Positions 38,522-47,252 of a stretch of DNA of 64,000 nt are shown here, piece by piece. The stretch's first letter is position 1; each line of letters begins with the position of its first letter. The stretch is from a virus: positions 1 to 64,000 of IMG/VR virus record IMGVR_UViG_3300044859_001080. One strand, 5' to 3'. The notes beneath the pieces were generated by a model. The model was not told where the DNA came from. It worked only from the letters and a program-made list of their open reading frames with translations, and ran no database searches. Position numbers and translations under genes: made by a program.

Positions 38522-39564
38522 TATGGCAAAATTACAAAGTACAGAAATAATAGGAGTTGCAAATAGACCAGCAGTAATATGCGCTGATACTGTATGTTTA
38601 TGGTTTAATACAACAATTAAACAGTTAGTTTTCTCATATTCCGGTTTTTCAGGATCCTGGTCGGCAGGGAATGCATTGATAACAGCAAGAGGTTATTTAG
38701 CAGGAGCAGGGACGCAGAATGCAGGACTTGCTATAGGCGGGTATAATGGTAGTATTCTTTCTTGCACGGAAGAATACGATGGTACATCATGGTCAGCAGG
38801 CGGAGCATTATCAATAGCAAGATATCGGTTAGGAGGAGCAGGGACACAGAGTGTAGGACTTGTGTTTGGAGGCCGTAATCCGGGCGCTCTTTCTTGTACA
38901 GAAGAATACGATGGGACATCTTGGTTAGCAGGCGGAGCATTGATAATAGCGAGGTTTGGACCAGCAAGTGCAGGTACACAGGACGCAGGACTTGCATTTG
39001 GAGGTTTTGTAAATAATAGTAGTACCTGCACTGAAGAGTACAATGGTACATCTTGGTCAACAGGTGGCGCATTGATTAGTTCAAGACATAATTTAGCAGG
39101 AGCAGGAACACAGAATGCAGGACTTGCTTTTGGGGGAACATTTCCAAATGGTGATTGCACTGAAGAATACAACGGCACAACTTGGTTAACAGGTGGTGCA
39201 TTGATAATAGGAAGAGAAGGTACAGGGACAGGAACACAGAATGAAGGACTTTTTATAGGAGGCATAGTAACAAATACTGGTGTTTCTTGTACAGAAGAAT
39301 ATGATGGCGCATCTTGGTCAGTAGGTGGGGCAATGATAGTAGCAAGGCACACACTAGCAGGTGCAGGAACACAAAGCGCAGGACTTGCTATAGGTGGGTA
39401 TATGAATAATGGAGTTTCTTGTACAGAAGAGTACACTAAAACAATAACAATAGTAGATTCAATACGATAATATGGCAAAATTACAAAGTACAGAAATAAT
39501 AGGAGTTGCAAATAGACCAGCAGTAATATGCACTGATACTGTATGTTTATGGTTTGATACAACA
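38465..39564 (+). repeat. ~150-bp direct repeat spanning gene junctions (38465-38615 and 39414-39564)
   Basis: 78-bp identical core TAGATTCAATACGATAATATGGCAAAATTAC...GTAATATGC; 949-bp period; the first ~50 bp of the coding start also at 37568. Confidence 0.9.
38523..39470 (+). CDS. Six-blade Kelch-like propeller protein, cassette B
   Basis: Same MAKLQSTEIIGVANRPA leader and six repeats. Confidence 0.85.
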   Translation: MAKLQSTEIIGVANRPAVICADTVCLWFNTTIKQLVFSYSGFSGSWSAGNALITARGYLAGAGTQNAGLAIGGYNGSILSCTEEYDGTSWSAGGALSIARYRLGGAGTQSVGLVFGGRNPGALSCTEEYDGTSWLAGGALIIARFGPASAGTQDAGLAFGGFVNNSSTCTEEYNGTSWSTGGALISSRHNLAGAGTQNAGLAFGGTFPNGDCTEEYNGTTWLTGGALIIGREGTGTGTQNEGLFIGGIVTNTGVSCTEEYDGASWSVGGAMIVARHTLAGAGTQSAGLAIGGYMNNGVSCTEEYTKTITIVDSIR

Positions 39565-40416
39565 AATTTGAAATCAATGGCATCATATTGCACTTTTTTA
39601 GGATCCTGGTCTGCAGGAGGTGCATTGATAACAGCAAGACTTGGTTTAGCAGGAGCAGGAACACAGAATGAAGGACTTGCTTTTGGAGGATATTGTAATG
39701 AAGGTTTATCATGTACAGAAGAATATAATGGCACAAGTTGGTCAGCAGGGGGTGCATTAATAACAGCAAGACATTTTTTAGCAGGAGCAGGAACAGAAAA
39801 CGCAGGACTTGCTTTTGGTGGTAGTTATTCAGGTTCATGTACCGAAGAATATAATGGTACGGCTTGGTCAGCAGGGGGTGCATTGATAGAAGCAAGGAGT
39901 TCTTTAGCAGGAGTAGGAACACAGAATGCAGGACTTGCTATGGGGGGCGGTGGTTATTCTCCAATATCTTGTACAGAAGAATATGATGGTATATCGTGGT
40001 CATCAGGCGGTGCATTGATAGAAGCAAGGAGTTCTTTAGCAGGAGTAGGAACACAAAATGCAGGACTTGCATTAGGAGGTGGTGGTTATGGACCAACATC
40101 TTATACAGAAGAATACAATGGCACAACTTGGACAACAGGAGGTGCATTGATAGAAGGAAGGGGTTCTTTAGCAGGAGCAGGCTCACAGAATGCAGGACTT
40201 GCTTTTGGTGGTGCTGCTAGTTATTCTCCAAAATCTTGTACAGAAGAATATAATGGCACATCTTGGTCATCACGCGGAGCATTATTAATAGCAAGGTGTT
40301 CTTTAGCAGGAGCAGGAACACAAAGCGTAGGGCTTGCTTTTGGAGGAACTCCATCAGGATCTTGTACAGAAGAATATGATGGAGATATTTTAATAATAAG
40401 AGACATTATTTTATAA
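39472..40416 (+). CDS. Six-blade Kelch-like propeller protein, cassette C
   Basis: Same leader and six repeats. Confidence 0.85.
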   Translation: MAKLQSTEIIGVANRPAVICTDTVCLWFDTTNLKSMASYCTFLGSWSAGGALITARLGLAGAGTQNEGLAFGGYCNEGLSCTEEYNGTSWSAGGALITARHFLAGAGTENAGLAFGGSYSGSCTEEYNGTAWSAGGALIEARSSLAGVGTQNAGLAMGGGGYSPISCTEEYDGISWSSGGALIEARSSLAGVGTQNAGLALGGGGYGPTSYTEEYNGTTWTTGGALIEGRGSLAGAGSQNAGLAFGGAASYSPKSCTEEYNGTSWSSRGALLIARCSLAGAGTQSVGLAFGGTPSGSCTEEYDGDILIIRDIIL

Positions 40417-40487
40417 ATGTTTTAAAAATCATCATACACAATAGTAGATTGCGTCTTATAATTATAAAACCTATAAATAAAAAATTA

Positions 40488-41375
40488 ATGGATTTAACAA
40501 CAGAAAAAATTTTAGTATGGCACATTCAAGGTGGATTAGGAAAGAATGTTGCAGCTACATCATTACCAAAGACAATAAAAGAAATTTATCCAGATAGACA
40601 ACTTATAATGGTTGTATCATATCCTGAAGTTTTTCTAAATAATCCTTATGTTGATAGGGTGTATCCATTAGGTAATTGCCCCTACTTTTACCAGGATTTT
40701 GTAGAGAACAAGGATACTCTTGTTTTTAGACATGAGCCGTATCATCAAACGGGTCATATACATAAGGAGAAGCATCTGGTAAGTAACTGGTGTGATTTGC
40801 TTAATATAGAGTATAGCAATCAGATACCCCAACTTTTCCCAAATTACGCAGAGAAGGTTAATGCAAAGAAATGGTTTAGGGATAAACCAGTGGTGGTATT
40901 ACAAACATCTGGTGGTGATTTAGAATCAAAGAATATATATTCTTGGTGTAGGGATATGCCACAAGATATTGCACAATTGATTGTTGACAAGTACAAGGAC
41001 AGCCACCATATATTCCATATAACAAGGAAAGGTGGTTATGTTTTGAATGATACAGAGAGGCTTGATGTTAAGTTATCTAATATGGAGTTGTTTAGTATAT
41101 TGACAGTTTCGTCCAAGAGATTTTTAATAGATTCTTCTTTGCAACATGCGGCAGTTGCTATTAATTTGCGGTCAACTGTGTTTTGGATTGGAACATCACC
41201 CAAGGTTTTTGGGTATGACTTGCACAATAATATTGTTGCAAATCAGCCCAAAAACAAGAACCAATTAATTGGTTCATACTTGTTTGACTATCAGTTTGAT
41301 TTTAATGTACATGAGTGTCCGTATAGCACATTGGATGAAATGTTTGATATGGATTTTGTTATATCAAATATTTAA
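40488..41375 (+). CDS. GT-B glycosyltransferase, GT9 / heptosyltransferase-like
   Basis: GGLGKNVAAT, FLNNPYVDRV, IDSSLQHAA, STVFWIGT; ATG 40488 preferred over TTG 40449. Confidence 0.72.
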   Translation: MDLTTEKILVWHIQGGLGKNVAATSLPKTIKEIYPDRQLIMVVSYPEVFLNNPYVDRVYPLGNCPYFYQDFVENKDTLVFRHEPYHQTGHIHKEKHLVSNWCDLLNIEYSNQIPQLFPNYAEKVNAKKWFRDKPVVVLQTSGGDLESKNIYSWCRDMPQDIAQLIVDKYKDSHHIFHITRKGGYVLNDTERLDVKLSNMELFSILTVSSKRFLIDSSLQHAAVAINLRSTVFWIGTSPKVFGYDLHNNIVANQPKNKNQLIGSYLFDYQFDFNVHECPYSTLDEMFDMDFVISNI

Positions 41376-44087
41376 ATTTGTATGCTGTTTCAAATTAAGT
41401 ATAACATCTTCGGGTGTTATACTTTTTTGGCATTCGTGTTGTCTGGATGTTCCTTTATGTATTGGGCACCAGTTCCAATCTCCTTTATCAAATTTGAAGT
41501 TTGGGTTTGTCCAACAAGAGTTGCATACATTATGATTATATATTCTTGTTGTATTTGTTGTGAATTCATGATTTAAATCAGTGAAATTGTTAATCATAAC
41601 CACATGTTTATTAATTGCCCAACTTAACCAACTCAAGCCACTTCCCAGACCAATGAATATTTCAGAATGGTGAATATAATTCATAATGTTATTTATGTCA
41701 TAATTGTTTGGAGTTATGGCATTTTTGATATTATTTCCTTCTTTTGAAATGTTTATAACGGTATATCCTTTGCTATTTAAAAATTCTGTTAGTTCATCCC
41801 ATCCATTTGGGTATAGCCAGAATTTTAAGGCTGATGTGGAGTGGGTTGCAATTGTTATGTATTTTTCTTTTATGGGTCTTTTCTTTGGTATGAAATCAAT
41901 GGTTGGTTTTATTTCGGTATAATCTAGGCCAAGGATATTTGTTGCTGTCATTTGTAATGGTATTATATTTGGTAATATTGGTTCCATTTGATTATTATAG
42001 AACCAACCAAGGGTATATTTTGCATGTATATTTTGGGCAACTTGACCAGGTATAATGAACTCAATGTTTGGATATGTTTTTTCAAAGAAGTTATTCCAGA
42101 AGGTTGATGCAACAACCTTGCAATTATGTTTTTTTGAGAATTCATCAATGTAAGGCATCCATGCAACGGAATCACCAAGAGATTTTGAATCAATGGCAAT
42201 ATAAACCCTTTTATTGGTTAAATCCATATTAAAGACATGTTTCCCTTTTTGGTTGCTAACAGTGATTTCCCAATCAACAAAATATTTTATGGATGATTTT
42301 GTCCAATTGTTTCTCCCAATATTTGATTTGTATTCAATTTTGTTTGTTTTTTTATTTTTGAATGTAATATCATATCTTATGTTTGGACCACCAGTTATTT
42401 CAACAAATGGACCATCAATAAAATTAATATTAATATTTGGTTCAATATCAGTTGTTTTTAATTCATATATGTCAAAACTTGAAAATTGGTTATGAACACC
42501 TTCCAAGTCTGTTGTTACTTTATCAGTTAAGCATTTTTCAACAACATTAAACTTATAATCTTTGATTAAATCATACATTTTTTCCTCAAACTTCTTGAAG
42601 TTGATATAAAATATTAATTTTGTTTTGTAATAGTTAAATAACTCCAATAATGGGGTTATGTTGCCAGAAAAGAAATTGGTTTTATATCCATCATTTTTAT
42701 CTATGTTATTATTGTAATATAAAATTAAATCCTTTGAATTAAGCTGTTTATAATTATCATTTAATGTGTCAGAATATATTAATGTATCATAATTTACAAT
42801 ATGTATTTTCTTTTTGTTTAATTTATCTGCAAAGTTGACACCCTGCTTTATTAAGTTATAAACTCCAAAACTATGTTCAAAAGGCATTGAAGTACTTGTT
42901 TTTTCCCCTTTTGCATTTATCTTCCAATATTCAAATATAACATTATGTTCTTCATATTCATCTTTATCCAATAATTGATTATCTTTTGAATATAATACAT
43001 AATCACATAATGATTGGGTTTCTTCATCAACTGGTTTATTGCATGATAATATGATTTCTGTATTGATGGTTGACAAACATCTTTTTAGCATATTTTTTCT
43101 AAATAAGTTATTTGTGTGAGCCAATACAATGGTTACTTCATCTTCATTTCTTTTTTTATCTTCATTCAATAGATTGATTAATAATTTCTTATTCTCTTCT
43201 GGGTTATCTGTGGAATATACTGCCTTATTATCATAATAATTTTCATATGTATGTAAGTTTTTTGTTATAATTTTAAGACCAAAGGATGATGCTTCTTTTA
43301 ATGATAAGGGATTCAATTCATATATTGATGGGAAATAGAATAAATCAGACGCTTCATAATAATTCAATGGGTTTTCTTGTTCCCCGTGTATAACGCAATT
43401 CTTTGGTAAATCATCCAATATTGGTTTCCAATATTCATAGAAGTTTCCAGCCATATTTCCAACAAAATGAAATATTATTTTCTCATCTTGGCACAATCTA
43501 GCGACTTCAATTATTTCCTTTTGGTTTTTACCTTGTGTAAATAATCCAACATGTAGGACATGTTTATAAGAGGGGTCAAATCCAAGGAGTTCTTGTTTTT
43601 GCTTTTTCTTTGGTATTTTCTTTGGAATGTGGTATTCCCATATGGTTAATGGAACTCCTGTTTTTACAAATTGCTTCTTGCTCCATTCTGATACTAAGAT
43701 ATATTTATCTGGATGAAATTTTATATCATTTGGATTTGTCCATGATCCATGTGTGGTGACAAATATCTTATAACCTTGGTCACGTTGAAATATCTTGAAA
43801 AGGATATCATCTGACAAATTGAATTCAGGTACTTCTTGAAAATGAATAATGTCAGGACTAATGTTATTTATGTGTGTTAATATTTCAGATTTATCATCCC
43901 CAAGTGTAATAACATTTACAAGTTCTTTAATCTTATTCTTTTGTACAACATAATCACCGCTTACATTTGCTATTTCAATGACATAAATATTATATACAGG
44001 AAGAAATTCTTCAATTTGTTTGAGAAGATATTGCGGTAAACCCCCAGTTGATAAATGCGGTGTTACAAATAATAATTTTTCTTTCAT
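41364..44087 (-). CDS. Multidomain glycosyltransferase: GT4-like N-terminus plus C-terminal AAH/TibC-like O-heptosyltransferase
   Basis: PHLSTGGLPQY and FPSIYELNPLSLKEA (GT4-like); SKSLGDSVAW, FIGLGSGLSWLSW, CNSCW..CP..EC iron-finger motif. Confidence 0.8.
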   Translation of the reverse strand: MKEKLLFVTPHLSTGGLPQYLLKQIEEFLPVYNIYVIEIANVSGDYVVQKNKIKELVNVITLGDDKSEILTHINNISPDIIHFQEVPEFNLSDDILFKIFQRDQGYKIFVTTHGSWTNPNDIKFHPDKYILVSEWSKKQFVKTGVPLTIWEYHIPKKIPKKKQKQELLGFDPSYKHVLHVGLFTQGKNQKEIIEVARLCQDEKIIFHFVGNMAGNFYEYWKPILDDLPKNCVIHGEQENPLNYYEASDLFYFPSIYELNPLSLKEASSFGLKIITKNLHTYENYYDNKAVYSTDNPEENKKLLINLLNEDKKRNEDEVTIVLAHTNNLFRKNMLKRCLSTINTEIILSCNKPVDEETQSLCDYVLYSKDNQLLDKDEYEEHNVIFEYWKINAKGEKTSTSMPFEHSFGVYNLIKQGVNFADKLNKKKIHIVNYDTLIYSDTLNDNYKQLNSKDLILYYNNNIDKNDGYKTNFFSGNITPLLELFNYYKTKLIFYINFKKFEEKMYDLIKDYKFNVVEKCLTDKVTTDLEGVHNQFSSFDIYELKTTDIEPNININFIDGPFVEITGGPNIRYDITFKNKKTNKIEYKSNIGRNNWTKSSIKYFVDWEITVSNQKGKHVFNMDLTNKRVYIAIDSKSLGDSVAWMPYIDEFSKKHNCKVVASTFWNNFFEKTYPNIEFIIPGQVAQNIHAKYTLGWFYNNQMEPILPNIIPLQMTATNILGLDYTEIKPTIDFIPKKRPIKEKYITIATHSTSALKFWLYPNGWDELTEFLNSKGYTVINISKEGNNIKNAITPNNYDINNIMNYIHHSEIFIGLGSGLSWLSWAINKHVVMINNFTDLNHEFTTNTTRIYNHNVCNSCWTNPNFKFDKGDWNWCPIHKGTSRQHECQKSITPEDVILNLKQHTNLNI

Positions 44088-44200
44088 TTTTTTATTTTTT
44101 TATTTTTAAAATAATATAATTTTCATACAAATCAATATTTTAATATGTAAAATTATTAATTTTAATTTATATTTTTATATGGATATTATACATTACTTAA

Positions 44201-44208
44201 TATTTATA
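44201..44208 (+). promoter_or_regulatory. TATTTATA putative late promoter
   Basis: 18 nt upstream of ATG 44227. Confidence 0.6.
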
Positions 44209-44226
44209 TCTTAAATACTATTTTAC

Positions 44227-44454
44227 ATGACAAATATAAGTGTTAACATTTTTGGTATAACTGGGCAAAGCCCTTATGATATTTATATTTGTCAACCATC
44301 TATAAATGATTGTATTTATATAAATACCATTTCTGGAACCACATATTCTTTTGATTTACCAAAACCAATAGATAATAATATCCAATACCTTGTTAAGATT
44401 ATTGATAATAATAATAGATTAATAACAAGTGTGGTAAATGTTTCAAACAACTAA
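44227..44454 (+). CDS. Small beta protein, paralogous to the domains of 25239-25790
   Basis: ITGQSPYDIYIC...YINTI...LP...VKIID resembles ISGATPLNIYVS...LP...IIIED. Confidence 0.65.
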   Translation: MTNISVNIFGITGQSPYDIYICQPSINDCIYINTISGTTYSFDLPKPIDNNIQYLVKIIDNNNRLITSVVNVSNN

Positions 44455-44460
44455 TTTAAT

Positions 44461-46107
44461 ATGGGGGTAACTTTATTCAAAGATTGTGCGGGGGATTATA
44501 AGTTTAGATTTAATTTGAAGGCTGTAAATCCAAATGTAGGGGATGTTTTTAGTATAGATGGCATTTATTTTAGTGGATTTGCAAGTGTTATTGAATATGC
44601 TGAAATTGGTGATTTGTTTGATTCAGATGGTACATTATTTGTTCAACAGAGGCAGTGTCCAGAAGTGATTGAGGAAATTCAAGAGGTTTTTGTGCATAAA
44701 ATAATTGAGGAGGTTGAAGAGATTATTGAACCAGAAGTGGTTGAGGAAGTTCAAGAGGTTGTTGAGCCAGAAGTGATTGAGGAAGTTCAAGAGATTTTTG
44801 TGTATAAAATAATTGAGGAAGTTGAAGAGATTGTTGAACCTGAAGTAATTGAGGAAATTCAAGAGGTTTTTGTGCATGAAATAATTGAGGAAGTTGAAGA
44901 GGTTGTTGAGCCAGAAGTGGTTGAGGTATTCCAAGTGCCTTTTAACCCCGGTGTATCCCCAGGTGATGCCATACAAGATTTTTGTGTATCGCCAACTTAT
45001 TCTATTTTGGGTACAAATGTTGGTAATTTTTCTGTTGCTGATGTTTTATATGATGATTATGTTTATTATACTGGTGAAACAAGTGGTGTCATTTATTTTA
45101 ATACAGATTTGGAACAATGGTGTTTAAGTGGTTCTTTGGGTGGTTCTTGTTTATTAACTGGTAAATCACCTTGTTATGGGGAACTTAATCCTGATTTATA
45201 TGAGGGTATTGTGTTTAGTGGAAATTGTCCAACACCAACCCCAAGCCCAGCATCTTGTGATATTGTTGATTTTTCTGCATATTTTAATTGTGAGTTATCT
45301 GCTTCAACAACTCCAACCCCAACTATTACCCCAACTCCAACTATAACCCCAACAATGACAATAACACCATCTTCAACTGGGGGATTGGCAGTTAATGTGG
45401 GGATGTCAGCATATACTTATGCATATCCAAGTTCTACCCCATCAATGACCCCTTCTGTAACAGCAACAAATGATAGATTGATTGGTGGAAGTTTGAATTA
45501 TGAGATGATGAGTAGAGTGTTTAGTTTTAAAGGTGTTAGGGTATTGGTTGATTGTAATACAAATGAGGAAGTGTATACAACACAAGATTTGATTTTAAGT
45601 GGGGTTCCAATTAAAGTGGGGGACATTATCAGAACATCAAACAATGGTGTCCAGAGGTGCTTCACATATGATAGGAATGAATCTACTGGTAGTTCAAATA
45701 TTAGCATTCAAACAATATTGAATGTTTATACTGGAACAACGTGTTCAAGTTGTGCAATAACACCAACACCAACACCAACTATGACAATGACCCCAAGCGT
45801 AACAATTACACCAAGTATTACATTAACACCATCTCCAACATCAAATCTTTTACATGTATTTGAGAGTTGCATTCCTTTGGATGGAAATACAATTAATTCA
45901 CAATTAATTCAGAATATTGGAATTGGTATTCCTATTGGTTTTGTTATTAAGGATTCTGATAATAATTGTTGGACATATTTGGGTGCATTTGATAAATCAT
46001 ATACTCCAGTTGGTAATATAAATTATTTCACATATACGGGAAATTATTTTGATACAAATGGGGGAACATTCATTGATTGTGTGAATTGTTTAAATAATTT
46101 GAGTTAA
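44461..46107 (+). CDS. Cys-rich structural protein with acidic Glu/Val repeat and Pro/Thr tracts
   Basis: PEVIEE repeats at aa ~67-160; several TPTP tracts; paired Cys. Confidence 0.65.
   Translation: MGVTLFKDCAGDYKFRFNLKAVNPNVGDVFSIDGIYFSGFASVIEYAEIGDLFDSDGTLFVQQRQCPEVIEEIQEVFVHKIIEEVEEIIEPEVVEEVQEVVEPEVIEEVQEIFVYKIIEEVEEIVEPEVIEEIQEVFVHEIIEEVEEVVEPEVVEVFQVPFNPGVSPGDAIQDFCVSPTYSILGTNVGNFSVADVLYDDYVYYTGETSGVIYFNTDLEQWCLSGSLGGSCLLTGKSPCYGELNPDLYEGIVFSGNCPTPTPSPASCDIVDFSAYFNCELSASTTPTPTITPTPTITPTMTITPSSTGGLAVNVGMSAYTYAYPSSTPSMTPSVTATNDRLIGGSLNYEMMSRVFSFKGVRVLVDCNTNEEVYTTQDLILSGVPIKVGDIIRTSNNGVQRCFTYDRNESTGSSNISIQTILNVYTGTTCSSCAITPTPTPTMTMTPSVTITPSITLTPSPTSNLLHVFESCIPLDGNTINSQLIQNIGIGIPIGFVIKDSDNNCWTYLGAFDKSYTPVGNINYFTYTGNYFDTNGGTFIDCVNCLNNLS
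44659..44930 (+). repeat. Tandem 72/36-bp coding repeat (PEV(I/V)EE(I/V)QE...)
   Basis: Units begin CC(A/T)GAAGT; arrangement 72-36-72-72-partial. Confidence 0.85.
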
Positions 46108-46118
46108 ATATATTATAT

Positions 46119-47249
46119 ATGGCAGAAGATATTATTACAATATACCCATTAAGCGTTGATGTGAATGTTAAAAAAACATCTGGTATTGGTAGAAAGGATG
46201 GGTCGCTTGAAATATTAGTATCAGGTGGGTTAGGTGGGTATATTATAAATGTTAATGGTAAATTAAATACAGGAAATATATTAACAGGTCTGGCATCTGG
46301 AGATTATATTATATTGGTTAATAATCCAGATTCTGGTCAGAGCATTAGTTTAACAAAAATTATTGAGGATCCAGTTGAACCAACTTATTGTACAAGATTT
46401 TTCCCGTTTCGTAATTTTTTAAATGATACTGGTAACACAACTTGTGATTATATATGTTCATCAAGCACATTAAGTCTTACCTTTTTTGTATATGCAAGAG
46501 GTAATACATTTGGTGAATTAAATAGTACATTATATAGGGGGTCAAGTAGTGCAGATTCAAAATCAAAATGTGAGGCTGGAATTAATATTTGGCCATCAGG
46601 GGATACAAGTTATAGGAAATTAAAATATAATAATTTTTGCCATTCAATTAGTGATTTAGGTGTTGTTACAGGGAGAACAAAATGTTTAGATATTGTTACA
46701 GCATCTGGTGGTACTTGGGCAATAGAAAATTTGAAAGTAACAACATTTAGAGATGGGACAGATATACCATTTGTTGCATCAACAACAGACTTAAATAATA
46801 TTTCAGGACCAGCATATACCTATTATAATTTCAATTCAGGGCTTGGGGATATTTATGGTTATCTATATAATTATGCTGCTATTACAGATGCAAGAAATTT
46901 GGCACCAAATGGATACCATATACCAACAAAAACTGAGTGGGATAATATATTTTTGGCATCAGAAATTAATGGTGTGAGTGGTGGTGGTAAATTAAAAGAA
47001 CGCAATTTATGGTTTGAACCAAATTTGGGTGCAGAAGACTTATATAATTTCTCATTGGTTGGTGGTGGTGGTTTGATAAATAATAATTTCATAAATAATA
47101 AAATTAATGGATATTATTGGACAACTACCAATACTGGTTTTGCAAATAAAAATTATATTGGATTGTTTTCATATAATGAATTATCAATGAGTTATATTGA
47201 AAATGTTGGGTTGAATTCATTTTATTCTGTTAGATTAAAAAAAGATTAA
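46119..47249 (+). CDS. SprB-like plus FISUMP domain protein
   Basis: DGSLEILVSGGLGGY..GLASGDY N-terminus; WAIENL..FRDG, YGYLYN, APNGYHIPT..EW, YSVRLKKD C-terminus. Confidence 0.75.
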   Translation: MAEDIITIYPLSVDVNVKKTSGIGRKDGSLEILVSGGLGGYIINVNGKLNTGNILTGLASGDYIILVNNPDSGQSISLTKIIEDPVEPTYCTRFFPFRNFLNDTGNTTCDYICSSSTLSLTFFVYARGNTFGELNSTLYRGSSSADSKSKCEAGINIWPSGDTSYRKLKYNNFCHSISDLGVVTGRTKCLDIVTASGGTWAIENLKVTTFRDGTDIPFVASTTDLNNISGPAYTYYNFNSGLGDIYGYLYNYAAITDARNLAPNGYHIPTKTEWDNIFLASEINGVSGGGKLKERNLWFEPNLGAEDLYNFSLVGGGGLINNNFINNKINGYYWTTTNTGFANKNYIGLFSYNELSMSYIENVGLNSFYSVRLKKD

Positions 47250-47252
47250 TAT

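Noticed and set aside
32494-40406. Antisense and frameshifted ORFs over Kelch repeats (e.g. 38693-39922, 32494-33495)
   Set aside because: By-products of repetitive, GC-richer Gly/Ala coding; no promoter motif or plausible protein.
44635-44976. Acidic repeat as an inverted Ser/Thr repeat
   Set aside because: The Ser/Thr-rich antisense frame contains TGA stops; there are no flanking inverted repeats or invertase.
16630-47249. Diversity-generating retroelement acting on FISUMP or Kelch genes
   Set aside because: No reverse transcriptase and no template/variable repeat pair differing only at adenines; Kelch loop differences include indels and all bases. A remote DGR outside the window cannot be excluded.
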